Below, one piece after another: positions 17,633 to 26,236 of a stretch of DNA of 35,908 bases (within the stretch, counting starts at the first letter, position 1; every line of letters begins with the position of its first letter). The translations under genes were made by a program, and so were the position numbers. This DNA comes from Geodermatophilaceae bacterium (lineage in GTDB: Bacteria > Actinomycetota > Actinomycetes > Mycobacteriales > Geodermatophilaceae). The DNA lies in assembly GCA_013696785.1 (NCBI GenBank), contig JACCXW010000166.1:1-35908 (forward strand). Reading direction: 5' to 3'. The notes below the pieces were generated by a model. It worked only from the letters and a program-made list of their open reading frames with translations, had not been told where the DNA came from and ran no database searches.

Positions 17633-19186
17633 GTGACGGACATGAGCAGCACGCACGGCACCACGAAGACCGCCGGAGCGGTCGTCGGCCCCAGCGCGCC
17701 GGAGCGGTCCGGACCCACCGGCGACAGTCCACAGGTCCGGGCGGTACGCCGACGAGTTCAAGAACTGCTGCCGGCCAAGACGGTCATCACCGACCACGCC
17801 CGGCTGCGCACCTACGAGTGCGACGGCCTCGCGCACTACCGGGTCACTCCTGCCCTGGCCGTTCTCGCCGATTCGGTCGATGACGTGGCCACCACGGTCC
17901 GGATCTGCGCCGAGGAACGAGTTCCCTTCGTCGCCCGCGGATCGGGCACCGGGCTGTCCGGTGGGGCGCTCCCCCGTGCCGACGGCGTACTGATCGTCAT
18001 GTCGCGGATGCGAGCGATTCGTGAGGTGTCAGCGGAGGATCAGCGGGCAGTCGTGGAGCCTGGCGTCATCAACCTGGACGTGACGAAGGCGGCCGCGGCG
18101 CACGGCTACTACTACGCGCCGGACCCGTCCAGTCAACAGATCTGCTCGATCGGCGGGAACGTCGCGGAGAACTCCGGCGGCGCGCATTGCCTCAAGTACG
18201 GCTTCACGTCCAACCACGTGACTGGTGCGGAGTTCGTCGCTCCGGACGGATCGGTTGTCGAACTCGGTGGCCGGGCACTTGACGCGCCGGGCTACGACCT
18301 GCTGGGGACGGTGATCGGCTCGGAAGGAACGCTGGGCATCGCCACGGCGGTCACCGTCCGGCTGACCCGCACCCCCGAGCATGTCGTGACCGTGCTCGCC
18401 GGCTTCCCGTCCACCGACGACGCCGGTGCCGCGACCTCGGCCATCATCGGCGCCGGAATCGTGCCGGCGGCGATCGAGATGATGGACGCGCTCGCGATCG
18501 AAGCGGCCGAAGCGGCCGTGCATTGCAACTACCCGGAGGGGGCCGGCGCCGTCCTCGTCGTCGAACTGGACGGCCCGGAGGTGGAGGTGCGCCAGGAGTT
18601 CGACCAGGTGGAGCGACTCTGCCGCGACAACGGCGCCTTTGCGTTCCGCGTCGCCAACGACGACGTCGAACGCGCGTTGATCTGGCGTGGGCGCAAGTCC
18701 GCGTTCGCCGCGGTCGGCCGGATCAGCCCCGACTACATCGTTCAGGACGGCGTCATCCCCCGTACGTCGTTGCCGAAGGTGCTGCGGGCCATCGCCGAAC
18801 TTTCCGCATCCTCGGCCGTCCGCGTCGCGAACGTGTTCCACGCCGGCGACGGGAACCTGCACCCGCTCGTGCTCTTCGACGATTCGGAGGAGGGGCAGGG
18901 CGAGGCAGCGGAGGAGATCAGCGGCAAGATTCTGGACCTGTGCATCGAGGCGGGTGGGTCGATCACCGGAGAGCACGGCGTCGGCATGGACAAGTCGGCC
19001 TACATGCCAAGGATGTTCTCCGACGCCGACCTCGACACGATGCAGATGGTGCGCTGCGCCTTCGATCCGAACAACATCTCCAATCCCGGCAAGATCTTTC
19101 CGACGCCTCGACTGTGCGGTGAGGTCCCCGGCCGGCACAAGGGCGAGCACCCGCTGGCGAAGTCCGGCATCGCGGAGATCTTCTGA
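17633..19186 (+). CDS. glcD: Glycolate oxidase subunit GlcD (FAD-linked oxidase)
   Basis: FAD-binding region VLADSVDDVATTVRICAEERVPFVARGSGTGLSGGALP and C-terminal GSITGEHGVGMDK...FDPNNISNPGKIF. It begins 1 nt after the aceB stop (GTG 17633; alternative ATG 17642). Assigned as GlcD by its context with GlcE and GlcF. Confidence 0.85.
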   Translation: MTDMSSTHGTTKTAGAVVGPSAPERSGPTGDSPQVRAVRRRVQELLPAKTVITDHARLRTYECDGLAHYRVTPALAVLADSVDDVATTVRICAEERVPFVARGSGTGLSGGALPRADGVLIVMSRMRAIREVSAEDQRAVVEPGVINLDVTKAAAAHGYYYAPDPSSQQICSIGGNVAENSGGAHCLKYGFTSNHVTGAEFVAPDGSVVELGGRALDAPGYDLLGTVIGSEGTLGIATAVTVRLTRTPEHVVTVLAGFPSTDDAGAATSAIIGAGIVPAAIEMMDALAIEAAEAAVHCNYPEGAGAVLVVELDGPEVEVRQEFDQVERLCRDNGAFAFRVANDDVERALIWRGRKSAFAAVGRISPDYIVQDGVIPRTSLPKVLRAIAELSASSAVRVANVFHAGDGNLHPLVLFDDSEEGQGEAAEEISGKILDLCIEAGGSITGEHGVGMDKSAYMPRMFSDADLDTMQMVRCAFDPNNISNPGKIFPTPRLCGEVPGRHKGEHPLAKSGIAEIF

Positions 19187-20403
19187 TGAGTGTGGAAACC
19201 GTCGCCGGGCCGGCCCTTGCGTCGGCCTGCGACGACGTCCGCGAAGCGGTGGACGGGGATTCCGTCGACGGCGTACCACCGGGTCACGTCGCGCGTCCCG
19301 CATCGACGGACGAGACGGCCGGGCTGTTGCGTACCGCGGCCGAGCTCGACCTTGCCGTGGTCGCGCGCGGCGCCGGAACGAAGCTGACGTGGGGTACGCC
19401 CCCCGAGCGGGTTGACCTGGTTCTCGACCTGTCCCGGATGGACGCCGTACTCGACCATGCCGCCGGCGACCTCGTCGCGGTAGCGCAGGCCGGCTGCCCG
19501 ATCGATCGCCTCCAGGAAACGCTCGCCGCGGCCGGTCAGCGGCTCGCCATCGACGGCACGCTGCCCGGAACGACGCTGGGCGGTGGCATCGCCACCAACA
19601 GCAGCGGTCCCCGCCGGATGCTGAACGGCACTTTCCGCGACCTGATGATCGGTACGACGGTGGTCCGTGCCGACGGCGTGATCGCGAAGTCCGGCGGCCG
19701 GGTGGTCAAGAACGTCGCCGGTTACGACCTGGGAAAGCTGATGACCGGCTCGTTCGGAACCCTCGGTGTGGTCACCGAGGCCGTCTTCCGGCTGCATCCC
19801 CTGCCGACCGCGAGCCAGGTGCTCGCCGTCGACGTCCGCGATGCCACAACCGCCGCCGCATTGGTCGCCGCCGTCGTACATTCGGACGTCGTACCGACCG
19901 CGGTCGAGGTGGATTGGCCGGCGGGCGTCGTCGCCGTACTGCTCGAAGGAACCGAACAGGGCGTGGATTCCCGTACTGCGGCAACCAGGACGCTGCTGAC
20001 CGGAGCCGGAGCGTCAACAGTGGACATCGCGGAGCAACTGCCGCCGTGGTGGGGCCACCATCCCGAGGGCGTCCTGCTCAAGCTCACCTGCTCCCTGTCT
20101 GCAGTGGGCGGGCTCCTTCAGGAAGCCGCCCGTCAGGGCGTAGCGGTTCGGGGGTCCGCTGGAGCCGGCGTCCTCTACGGCGGCCTTCCGGCTGACGCCG
20201 AAGTGGCGGCTGCGGTGACCGTGCTACGTGCCTTCTGCCTGGCCGCCGGCGGCAGTCTCGTCGTCCTGGCAGCGCCGGCCGACGTCAGGTCCACGGTGGA
20301 CGTCTGGGGACCGGTGCCGGCGCTGGAGCTGATGCGGGCGGTCAAGGGACAGTTCGATCCGCATCGACGGCTGTCGCCCGGACGATTCGTGGGAGGTATC
20401 TGA
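19186..20403 (+). CDS. glcE: Glycolate oxidase subunit GlcE (FAD-binding)
   Basis: FAD_binding_4-like region ARPASTDETAGLLRTAAELDLAVVARGAGTKLTWG and KNVAGYDLGKLMTGSFGTLGVVTEAVFRLHP. The ATG overlaps the glcD stop (ATGA at 19184-19188). Confidence 0.8.
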   Translation: MSVETVAGPALASACDDVREAVDGDSVDGVPPGHVARPASTDETAGLLRTAAELDLAVVARGAGTKLTWGTPPERVDLVLDLSRMDAVLDHAAGDLVAVAQAGCPIDRLQETLAAAGQRLAIDGTLPGTTLGGGIATNSSGPRRMLNGTFRDLMIGTTVVRADGVIAKSGGRVVKNVAGYDLGKLMTGSFGTLGVVTEAVFRLHPLPTASQVLAVDVRDATTAAALVAAVVHSDVVPTAVEVDWPAGVVAVLLEGTEQGVDSRTAATRTLLTGAGASTVDIAEQLPPWWGHHPEGVLLKLTCSLSAVGGLLQEAARQGVAVRGSAGAGVLYGGLPADAEVAAAVTVLRAFCLAAGGSLVVLAAPADVRSTVDVWGPVPALELMRAVKGQFDPHRRLSPGRFVGGI

Positions 20404-21767
20404 TGACCACCGACGCATTGGCCGCGGCAGCCAGCGGACAGAGCATCGACCTGCCGACACCCGCATTCGACGAGTACCGTCCGCCCAGTGCCGCTCTCGT
20501 GGGTGATTGCGTGCATTGCGGGTTCTGCCTGCCCTCCTGCCCGACATACGTGCTGTGGGGCGAGGAGATGGACTCACCGCGCGGGCGCATCGACCTGATG
20601 AAGCAAGGTCTGGAGGGCGATCCCCTCACGGACTCCATGGTCGGGCACTTCGACGCGTGCCTCGGCTGCATGGCCTGTGTGACGGCCTGCCCGTCAGGTG
20701 TCCAGTACGACCGGCTGATCGAAACGACCCGGGCACAGGTCGAGCGCCGACACCAGCGAACCCGTCGCGACAAGGCACTGCGCGGTGCGATCTTCGCGCT
20801 GTTCCCCTACCCCCGGCGACTGCGCGCTTTGCGCGGCCCGCTGCGGGGATGGCAGCGGATCGGCGGTGACCGGCTGCTTCGCCGTACCGGCCTGCTGGAG
20901 CGGATCGCGCCCTCGCTCGCGGCGATGGAACGCCTCGCACCGCGGTTGGGCAAGGCAGAACGGCTGCCGGAGCGGACCGCGGCGATAGGGACGCGCCGGG
21001 CGACCGTGGGCATGCTCACCGGGTGCGTGCAACGGGAGTTCTTCCCCGCTGTCAACGCCGCGACCGTACGCGTCCTCGCCGCCGAGGGCTGCGATGTCGT
21101 CGTACCGGCGAAGCAGGGCTGTTGCGGTGCGTTGAGTGTCCACAATGGACGCGAGCCGGAGGCGTTGCGGTTCGCGCGCGCCCTGATCGACTCCTTCGAG
21201 AATGCCGGCGTCGAGTGGGTCGTGGTCAACGCGGCCGGCTGCGGGTCGACGATGAAGGAGTACGCCGAGCTGCTCCGGGACGATCCGGCGTACGCCGTCC
21301 GGGCGGTGGCTTTCGCCACCAAGGTCCGCGACGTGTCGGAGATCCTGGTGGAACTGGGACCGGTCGCGACGCGGCACCCGCTGCCGATCACGGCCGCCTA
21401 CCACGACGCCTGCCATCTCGCTCATGCACAGGGGGTGCGGGCGCAGCCGAGGGCGCTGCTGAACGGCATCCCTGGACTGCAGCTGCGGGAGATCGCCGAC
21501 CCAGCGATCTGTTGCGGATCGGCGGGGATCTACAACGTGCTCTTCCCCGAGCCGGCCCGCGAACTCGGCGACCGCAAAGCGGCGAATGTCCTGGCCACCG
21601 GCGCGGAGTTGCTCGTCACGGCCAATCCAGGCTGCCTGATGCAGGTGGCCGCCTCGGTCGAGCGGGCCGGCGAGACGATAGCGCTCGCGCACACCGTCGA
21701 GGTTCTCGACGCGTCCATCCAGGGCCGACCCGTGGCCAGCTTGACCGGCGGCGGCACGAGCTCGTGA
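20403..21767 (+). CDS. glcF: Glycolate oxidase iron-sulfur subunit GlcF
   Basis: Two 4Fe-4S motifs, CVHCGFCLPSCP and CLGCMACVTACP, followed by two CCG (cysteine-rich) domains (GCCGAL..., AGCGST..., ICCGSAGIYN). The ATG overlaps the glcE stop (TGATG at 20401-20405). Confidence 0.88.
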   Translation: MTTDALAAAASGQSIDLPTPAFDEYRPPSAALVGDCVHCGFCLPSCPTYVLWGEEMDSPRGRIDLMKQGLEGDPLTDSMVGHFDACLGCMACVTACPSGVQYDRLIETTRAQVERRHQRTRRDKALRGAIFALFPYPRRLRALRGPLRGWQRIGGDRLLRRTGLLERIAPSLAAMERLAPRLGKAERLPERTAAIGTRRATVGMLTGCVQREFFPAVNAATVRVLAAEGCDVVVPAKQGCCGALSVHNGREPEALRFARALIDSFENAGVEWVVVNAAGCGSTMKEYAELLRDDPAYAVRAVAFATKVRDVSEILVELGPVATRHPLPITAAYHDACHLAHAQGVRAQPRALLNGIPGLQLREIADPAICCGSAGIYNVLFPEPARELGDRKAANVLATGAELLVTANPGCLMQVAASVERAGETIALAHTVEVLDASIQGRPVASLTGGGTSS

Positions 21768-21783
21768 CTGAGCGAGGTGAGCG

Positions 21784-23517
21784 ATGTACCAGCAAGTACT
21801 CGACCCCATCGGCGATTCTCTCAGCCTGACAGCGATCTTCGCGGCGCTGCCGCTATTGGTCCTGTTCGTGCTGCTGGGCGTGCTGCGGATCACGGCCTGG
21901 CTCGCGGGACTGCTCTCGCTGCTCGCGGCAATCCTCGTGGCCGTTCTGATCTATCCCATGCCGGTGGACCAGGCCGTGCTGGCCGCCACCGAAGGCGGCG
22001 CGTTCGGATTCTTTCCGATCCTGTGGATCGTGATCAACGCGATCTGGGTCTACAACATGACCGTCACCACGGGGCATTTCGACGTACTGCGTCGTTCATT
22101 CGCGCGGGTCAGTGACGACCAGCGGATCCAGGCCGTCATCATCGCGTTCTGTTTCGGTGCGCTGCTGGAGGCGCTGGCCGGTTTCGGCACGCCGGTCGCC
22201 ATCACGAGCGTGATGCTGATCGCGTTGGGCTTCCGCCCCATCAAGGCGGCGACGCTGGCCCTGGTGGCGAACACGGCACCGGTGGCCTTCGGCGCGCTGG
22301 CGGTACCGATCACGACCCTGGGGACCGTCACGGAACTACCCGTGGACGATCTGGGAGCCATGGTAGGTAGGCAGACGCCCATTCTGGCCATCTTCGTGCC
22401 GCTGGCTCTGGTGTTCATCGTGGACAAGGGTCGTGGTGTCCGCCAGGTCTGGCCGGCTGCGCTTCTGTGCGGCGTCACGTTCGCCATCGCGCAGTTCGCG
22501 ACGTCCAACTACCTGTCGGTCCCGCTCACCGACATCGTCGCGGCGCTGATCGCGGCCGGAGCCGTCGTGGCCTTCCTCCGCGTCTGGCAACCCGCCGACA
22601 CCTACTCCGAGGAGGCGGAGCCGGAGCCGGCCAGGACCGGCCGGACCGGAGCGGCGAGGTCCACGACCGGCCGTTCCGGCGCAGCATCGTCCACGACCGG
22701 GCGCACCGGCGGAGGGACGTCCGACGGCGTAGACATGGCCAAGGGTGCCGACGCGGACGCGGGCAAGCACGACCCGCCGGTCGAGGTACTCCGGGCGTAC
22801 TCGCCGTACCTGATCATCATCGCTGTATTCGTGGTCGCCCAGATCCCCGTCGTACGCGACGCTCTTGACAGCGTCACCGTGTCGTTCAACTGGCCCGGCC
22901 TGCACATCCTGAATTCGGCCGGAGAGGCCTCGACGATCTCGACGTTCAAGTTCAACTGGCTGGCGGCCGCGGGCACCCTGATGGTGATCTCGGGACTATT
23001 GACGATCCCGGCGCTGGGGATCAGCCCGGCCAAGGCGCTGCGCGCGTACGCCGACACATATCGGCAGCTGATCACAGCGATCGTCACCGTGATGGCCGTG
23101 CTGGCCCTTGCCTACGTGATGAACAGCTCCGGCCAGACCGCCACCCTGGGGGCATGGATGGCGGGAGCGGGCGGGTTGTTCGCCATCATCTCCCCGATCC
23201 TGGGTTGGCTCGGGGTGGCGGTGACCGGCTCGGACACGTCGTCCAATTCGCTGTTCGGCGCGCTGCAAGTCAAGGCTGCCATGGATGCGGGGCTGAATCC
23301 GCTGCTGCTTGCCGCCGCGAACAGTTCCGGCGGTGTGCTCGGCAAGATGATCTCCCCGCAGAATCTGGCGATCGCCGCTGCCGCGGTCGGGCTGGCCGGC
23401 AAGGAGGGCGACCTGTTCCGCCGCGTCCTCGGCTGGAGCATCCTTTTCCTCGTCTTGATGTGCGCGCTGGTCTACTTGCAGTCCACGTCCGTGCTCTCGT
23501 GGATGGTCCCCGGCTGA
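21784..23517 (+). CDS. lctP: L-lactate/glycolate permease, LctP family
   Basis: 577 aa with GAGGTGA 4 nt upstream of the ATG. The N-terminus (LSLTAIFAALPLLVLFVLLGVLRI...GFFPILWIVINAIWVYNMTV) and C-terminal blocks (GSDTSSNSLFGALQ...ANSSGGVLGKMISPQNLAI) are canonical LctP. It has an unusual repeat-containing central loop. Confidence 0.9.
   Translation: MYQQVLDPIGDSLSLTAIFAALPLLVLFVLLGVLRITAWLAGLLSLLAAILVAVLIYPMPVDQAVLAATEGGAFGFFPILWIVINAIWVYNMTVTTGHFDVLRRSFARVSDDQRIQAVIIAFCFGALLEALAGFGTPVAITSVMLIALGFRPIKAATLALVANTAPVAFGALAVPITTLGTVTELPVDDLGAMVGRQTPILAIFVPLALVFIVDKGRGVRQVWPAALLCGVTFAIAQFATSNYLSVPLTDIVAALIAAGAVVAFLRVWQPADTYSEEAEPEPARTGRTGAARSTTGRSGAASSTTGRTGGGTSDGVDMAKGADADAGKHDPPVEVLRAYSPYLIIIAVFVVAQIPVVRDALDSVTVSFNWPGLHILNSAGEASTISTFKFNWLAAAGTLMVISGLLTIPALGISPAKALRAYADTYRQLITAIVTVMAVLALAYVMNSSGQTATLGAWMAGAGGLFAIISPILGWLGVAVTGSDTSSNSLFGALQVKAAMDAGLNPLLLAAANSSGGVLGKMISPQNLAIAAAAVGLAGKEGDLFRRVLGWSILFLVLMCALVYLQSTSVLSWMVPG
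22629..22727 (+). repeat. In-frame imperfect 30-bp (10-codon) tandem repeat, about 3.3 copies, inside the permease central loop
   Basis: Units at 22629-22658, 22659-22688 and 22689-22718, plus a partial unit from 22719. My hand alignment gives 21/30 and 23/30 identities between neighbouring units. The encoded peptide is ARTGRTGAAR / STTGRSGAAS / STTGRTGGGT / SDG. Confidence 0.7.
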
Positions 23518-23563
23518 GCGACCTCGCCGGCCGACCCGCCGCTCGGGCGGGCAGACTTCCGGT

Positions 23564-25171
23564 GTGCCGGTCATCCTCGTGCCCTCCGACGGCGGCTGCG
23601 TCGTCCAGGGCCTGAGCGATGGCGGAGGACTGATCGGAGCGCCGAGGACCGTCGCGGCCGCGCCGGGCACGTTGTCGGCGCAGGGCCGCTGGGTGTGGGC
23701 CGACACCGCGCGGTGCTACCCGGGGCTGCTGGCGGCAGGTCGGATCGAACGGTGCCACGATCTCGCCCTCACCGAGGCGCTTCTGCTCGGGCACGAGGGC
23801 CGGTGGGGCGAGCCCCGGTCCGTCCTCGCCTCGTGGTCCCGACTGAACGGGCGGCCCGTCCCGGCCGACGTCGACGGGCGGGAGGCCAGCTCCGAGCCGA
23901 CGCTGTTCGAGGCCGAGCGATCCGCATTGCCGACGGGCGTCGATCCAGTCGGTGCCGGCGCCGCGGTGTACGCCGACCAGCTCCGCCGCATCGCCGCGAC
24001 GGAGCACCCGGCGCGATTCGGCCTGCTCGTCGCAGCTGAGTCGGCGGGTGCGCTCGCCGCGGTGGAGATGACCGCGGCCGGACTGCCCTGGAATGCCGAC
24101 GTACACCGGGAGACCCTCACCGATCTGCTCGGCCCACGTGTCGGCGGCGGTCTCCGGCCGGCCCGGCTCGCCGAGTTGGCCGCTCAGATCGATGCCGCGT
24201 TCGACGGGCGGCGGACGAATCCGGACTCCCCCGCCGATCTGCTGGCCGCGTTCGCGGAGGTGGGGCGCCCGATCGAGTCCACTCGCAGCTGGGTGCTGCG
24301 CGACGTGGACCATCCCGCCGTCGAACCGCTGCTCGCCTACAAGAAGCTGGCCCGAATCCTCGCTGCGAACGGCTGGACCTGGCAGGAACGCTGGGTCCGT
24401 GACGGCAGATTCCGTCCGGACTACGTGCCCGGCGGGGTCGTCTCCGGCCGCTGGGCGACCCGCGGCGGCGGCGGGCTGCAGATCCCGAAGCTGCTCCGCG
24501 GCGCCGTTCGGGCCGCGCCGGGTCATGTCCTCGTCGTCGCCGATGCCGGCCAGCTCGAGCCGAGGCTGCTCGCGGCGCTGTCGGGGGACGCCGGCATGAC
24601 CGCGGCGGCGCAGGCGAGCGACATGTACGCCGCGATTGCGGCCCGTTCCTTCGCCGGGGATCGATCTCGAGCCAAGGTCGGCCTGCTGGGCGCCATGTAC
24701 GGACAGGTGGGCGGTCAGGCAGCCGCCCCGTTGGCCGTGTTGCGGCAGGAGTATCCGACGGCGTTACGGCTGCTGGAGGAGGCTGCGAGGACCGGTGAAC
24801 GCGGCGATCTGGTGCGCTCGCACCTCGGGCGGACGTGCCCACCGACGACCGAGGAGTGGGCGAGCACCGGTCCCGCGGCCCGCGCGCGTGGCCGCTTCAC
24901 TCGCAACTTCGTCGTACAGGCCACGGCTGCCGAGTGGGCGCTTGCGTGGCTCGCGGTCGTCCGGACTCGCTTGTCCACAGTGGACGGTGCCGAACTCGTC
25001 TTCTTCGTCCACGACGAGTTGGTCGTGCACGCTCCGGTTGCCGGCGCCGAGCAGGTCCGCCGGATCCTGTACGAGGGTGCGCTCGAGGCCGGGCGGCTGC
25101 TATTCGGGGCGACGCAGGTACGGTTCCCGCTCGACGTGTCGGCGGTGGACTGCTACGCGGACGCCCGCTGA
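23564..25171 (+). CDS. Stand-alone family-A DNA polymerase paralog (3'-5' exonuclease-like N-domain plus Pol I-type polymerase domain, no 5' nuclease domain)
   Basis: 535 aa from GTG 23564. Motif A is VVADAGQLEPRLLAALSGD (cf. DYSQIELR). Motif B is RSRAKVGLLGAMYG (cf. RRxAKxxNFGxxYG). Motif C is FFVHDELVV (cf. QVHDELV). The N-terminal ~170 aa resemble an exonuclease fold but have no obvious DxE. Confidence 0.8.
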   Translation: MPVILVPSDGGCVVQGLSDGGGLIGAPRTVAAAPGTLSAQGRWVWADTARCYPGLLAAGRIERCHDLALTEALLLGHEGRWGEPRSVLASWSRLNGRPVPADVDGREASSEPTLFEAERSALPTGVDPVGAGAAVYADQLRRIAATEHPARFGLLVAAESAGALAAVEMTAAGLPWNADVHRETLTDLLGPRVGGGLRPARLAELAAQIDAAFDGRRTNPDSPADLLAAFAEVGRPIESTRSWVLRDVDHPAVEPLLAYKKLARILAANGWTWQERWVRDGRFRPDYVPGGVVSGRWATRGGGGLQIPKLLRGAVRAAPGHVLVVADAGQLEPRLLAALSGDAGMTAAAQASDMYAAIAARSFAGDRSRAKVGLLGAMYGQVGGQAAAPLAVLRQEYPTALRLLEEAARTGERGDLVRSHLGRTCPPTTEEWASTGPAARARGRFTRNFVVQATAAEWALAWLAVVRTRLSTVDGAELVFFVHDELVVHAPVAGAEQVRRILYEGALEAGRLLFGATQVRFPLDVSAVDCYADAR

Positions 25172-25335
25172 GTGTCCTCCGGAGACATGATCAGACTCAG
25201 CGCGTCGTCGGTGTACGCGGCAGCGAGTTCTTCCGCCAGATCCTCGCGGTCGGCCGCGACGGCTTGATTCACTTGGTAGATGTAGGTCTCGTGCAGGTCG
25301 GTCAGGGCGGCTCGCACGCCGTTCCCTCGGGGCAC
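25153..25335 (-). CDS. Hypothetical small acidic protein (60 aa)
   Basis: GTG start at 25333-25335 and TAG stop at 25153-25155. Third codon positions are mostly G/C, as in neighbouring genes. The sequence looks helical (LTDLHETYIYQVNQAVAADREDLAEELAAAYTDDALSLI). It is co-oriented with, and 78 nt downstream of, the SDR gene, and its 3' end overlaps the polymerase 3' end by 19 nt. I recognise no family. Confidence 0.4.
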   Translation of the reverse strand: MPRGNGVRAALTDLHETYIYQVNQAVAADREDLAEELAAAYTDDALSLIMSPEDTQRASA

Positions 25336-25413
25336 AGTGTTCTCTTCTCATAGCGGGTTTCGGCTGTCTCTACGGGACAACTGTGCCCTGGCCGTATTTC
25401 GTCCCCGTTACGG

Positions 25414-26160
25414 CTACCAGCCCTGATCGGTGGGGCGCACCAGGATCTCGTTCACGGCCACGTGGTCCGGCTGGGTGGCGGCGTAGACGATCGCGGCTGC
25501 GATGTCCCCGGATTGCAGCTGCCGCATGTCGGCGGCCCGAGCCGAGATCGACTCCTTGGCGGCTTGGTCGGTGATGTGGTCGCGCAGTTCCGTCTCGACG
25601 ACCCCGGGCTCGATCAGCGTCACCCGTACGCCGCGCTGGGTGACCTCCTGCCGCAGCGACTCGCTGAAGGCGTTGACTGCGAACTTCGAGGCGTTGTAGA
25701 CGCCCGCGCCCTTGGCCGCCACCCGCCCCGCGGTCGAGGAGACCTGGATGACGTGTCCACTGCGCTCCAGCAGGTGCGGCAGCGACGCGTGGGTCATGAA
25801 CATCAACCCCAGCACGTTCGTCTCGATCATCCGCGTCCAGTCGGTGGTGTCCGCGCCCTCGATAGCACCGAGCAGCATCACTCCGGCGTTGTTGACAAGG
25901 AGGTCCAACCCACCGAGTTCGTCCACAGTGGACTGTACGGCGGAACGACAGGCTTGCTCGTCCGTCACGTCGAGCTCGAGGACGACCACCGAGGTGCCCT
26001 GCTCGTCGAGTTTGGCCCGCAACGCCTCCAGCCGGTCGGTCCGCCGGGCAGCGATCGCCACAGCGGCGCCTTCGGCAGCCAATGCGATCGCGGTGGCCTC
26101 CCCGATACCTGACGACGCGCCGGTCACCAATGCCACCTTGCCGTCAAGCCGTCCAGCCAT
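25414..26160 (-). CDS. SDR-family NAD(P)-dependent oxidoreductase
   Basis: The cofactor motif is KVALVTGASSGIGEATA (TGxxxGxG). NNAG is present, and the catalytic YNASKFAV (YxxxK) follows SSTAG. 248 aa. Confidence 0.9.
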   Translation of the reverse strand: MAGRLDGKVALVTGASSGIGEATAIALAAEGAAVAIAARRTDRLEALRAKLDEQGTSVVVLELDVTDEQACRSAVQSTVDELGGLDLLVNNAGVMLLGAIEGADTTDWTRMIETNVLGLMFMTHASLPHLLERSGHVIQVSSTAGRVAAKGAGVYNASKFAVNAFSESLRQEVTQRGVRVTLIEPGVVETELRDHITDQAAKESISARAADMRQLQSGDIAAAIVYAATQPDHVAVNEILVRPTDQGW

Positions 26161-26236
26161 CTGCGTTCTCCCTCGTCTGAGTTCTCCTCGTCGCCGCCGC
26201 TTCCCATCCAGCGTCGGCCGATGTACTAATCATCCG

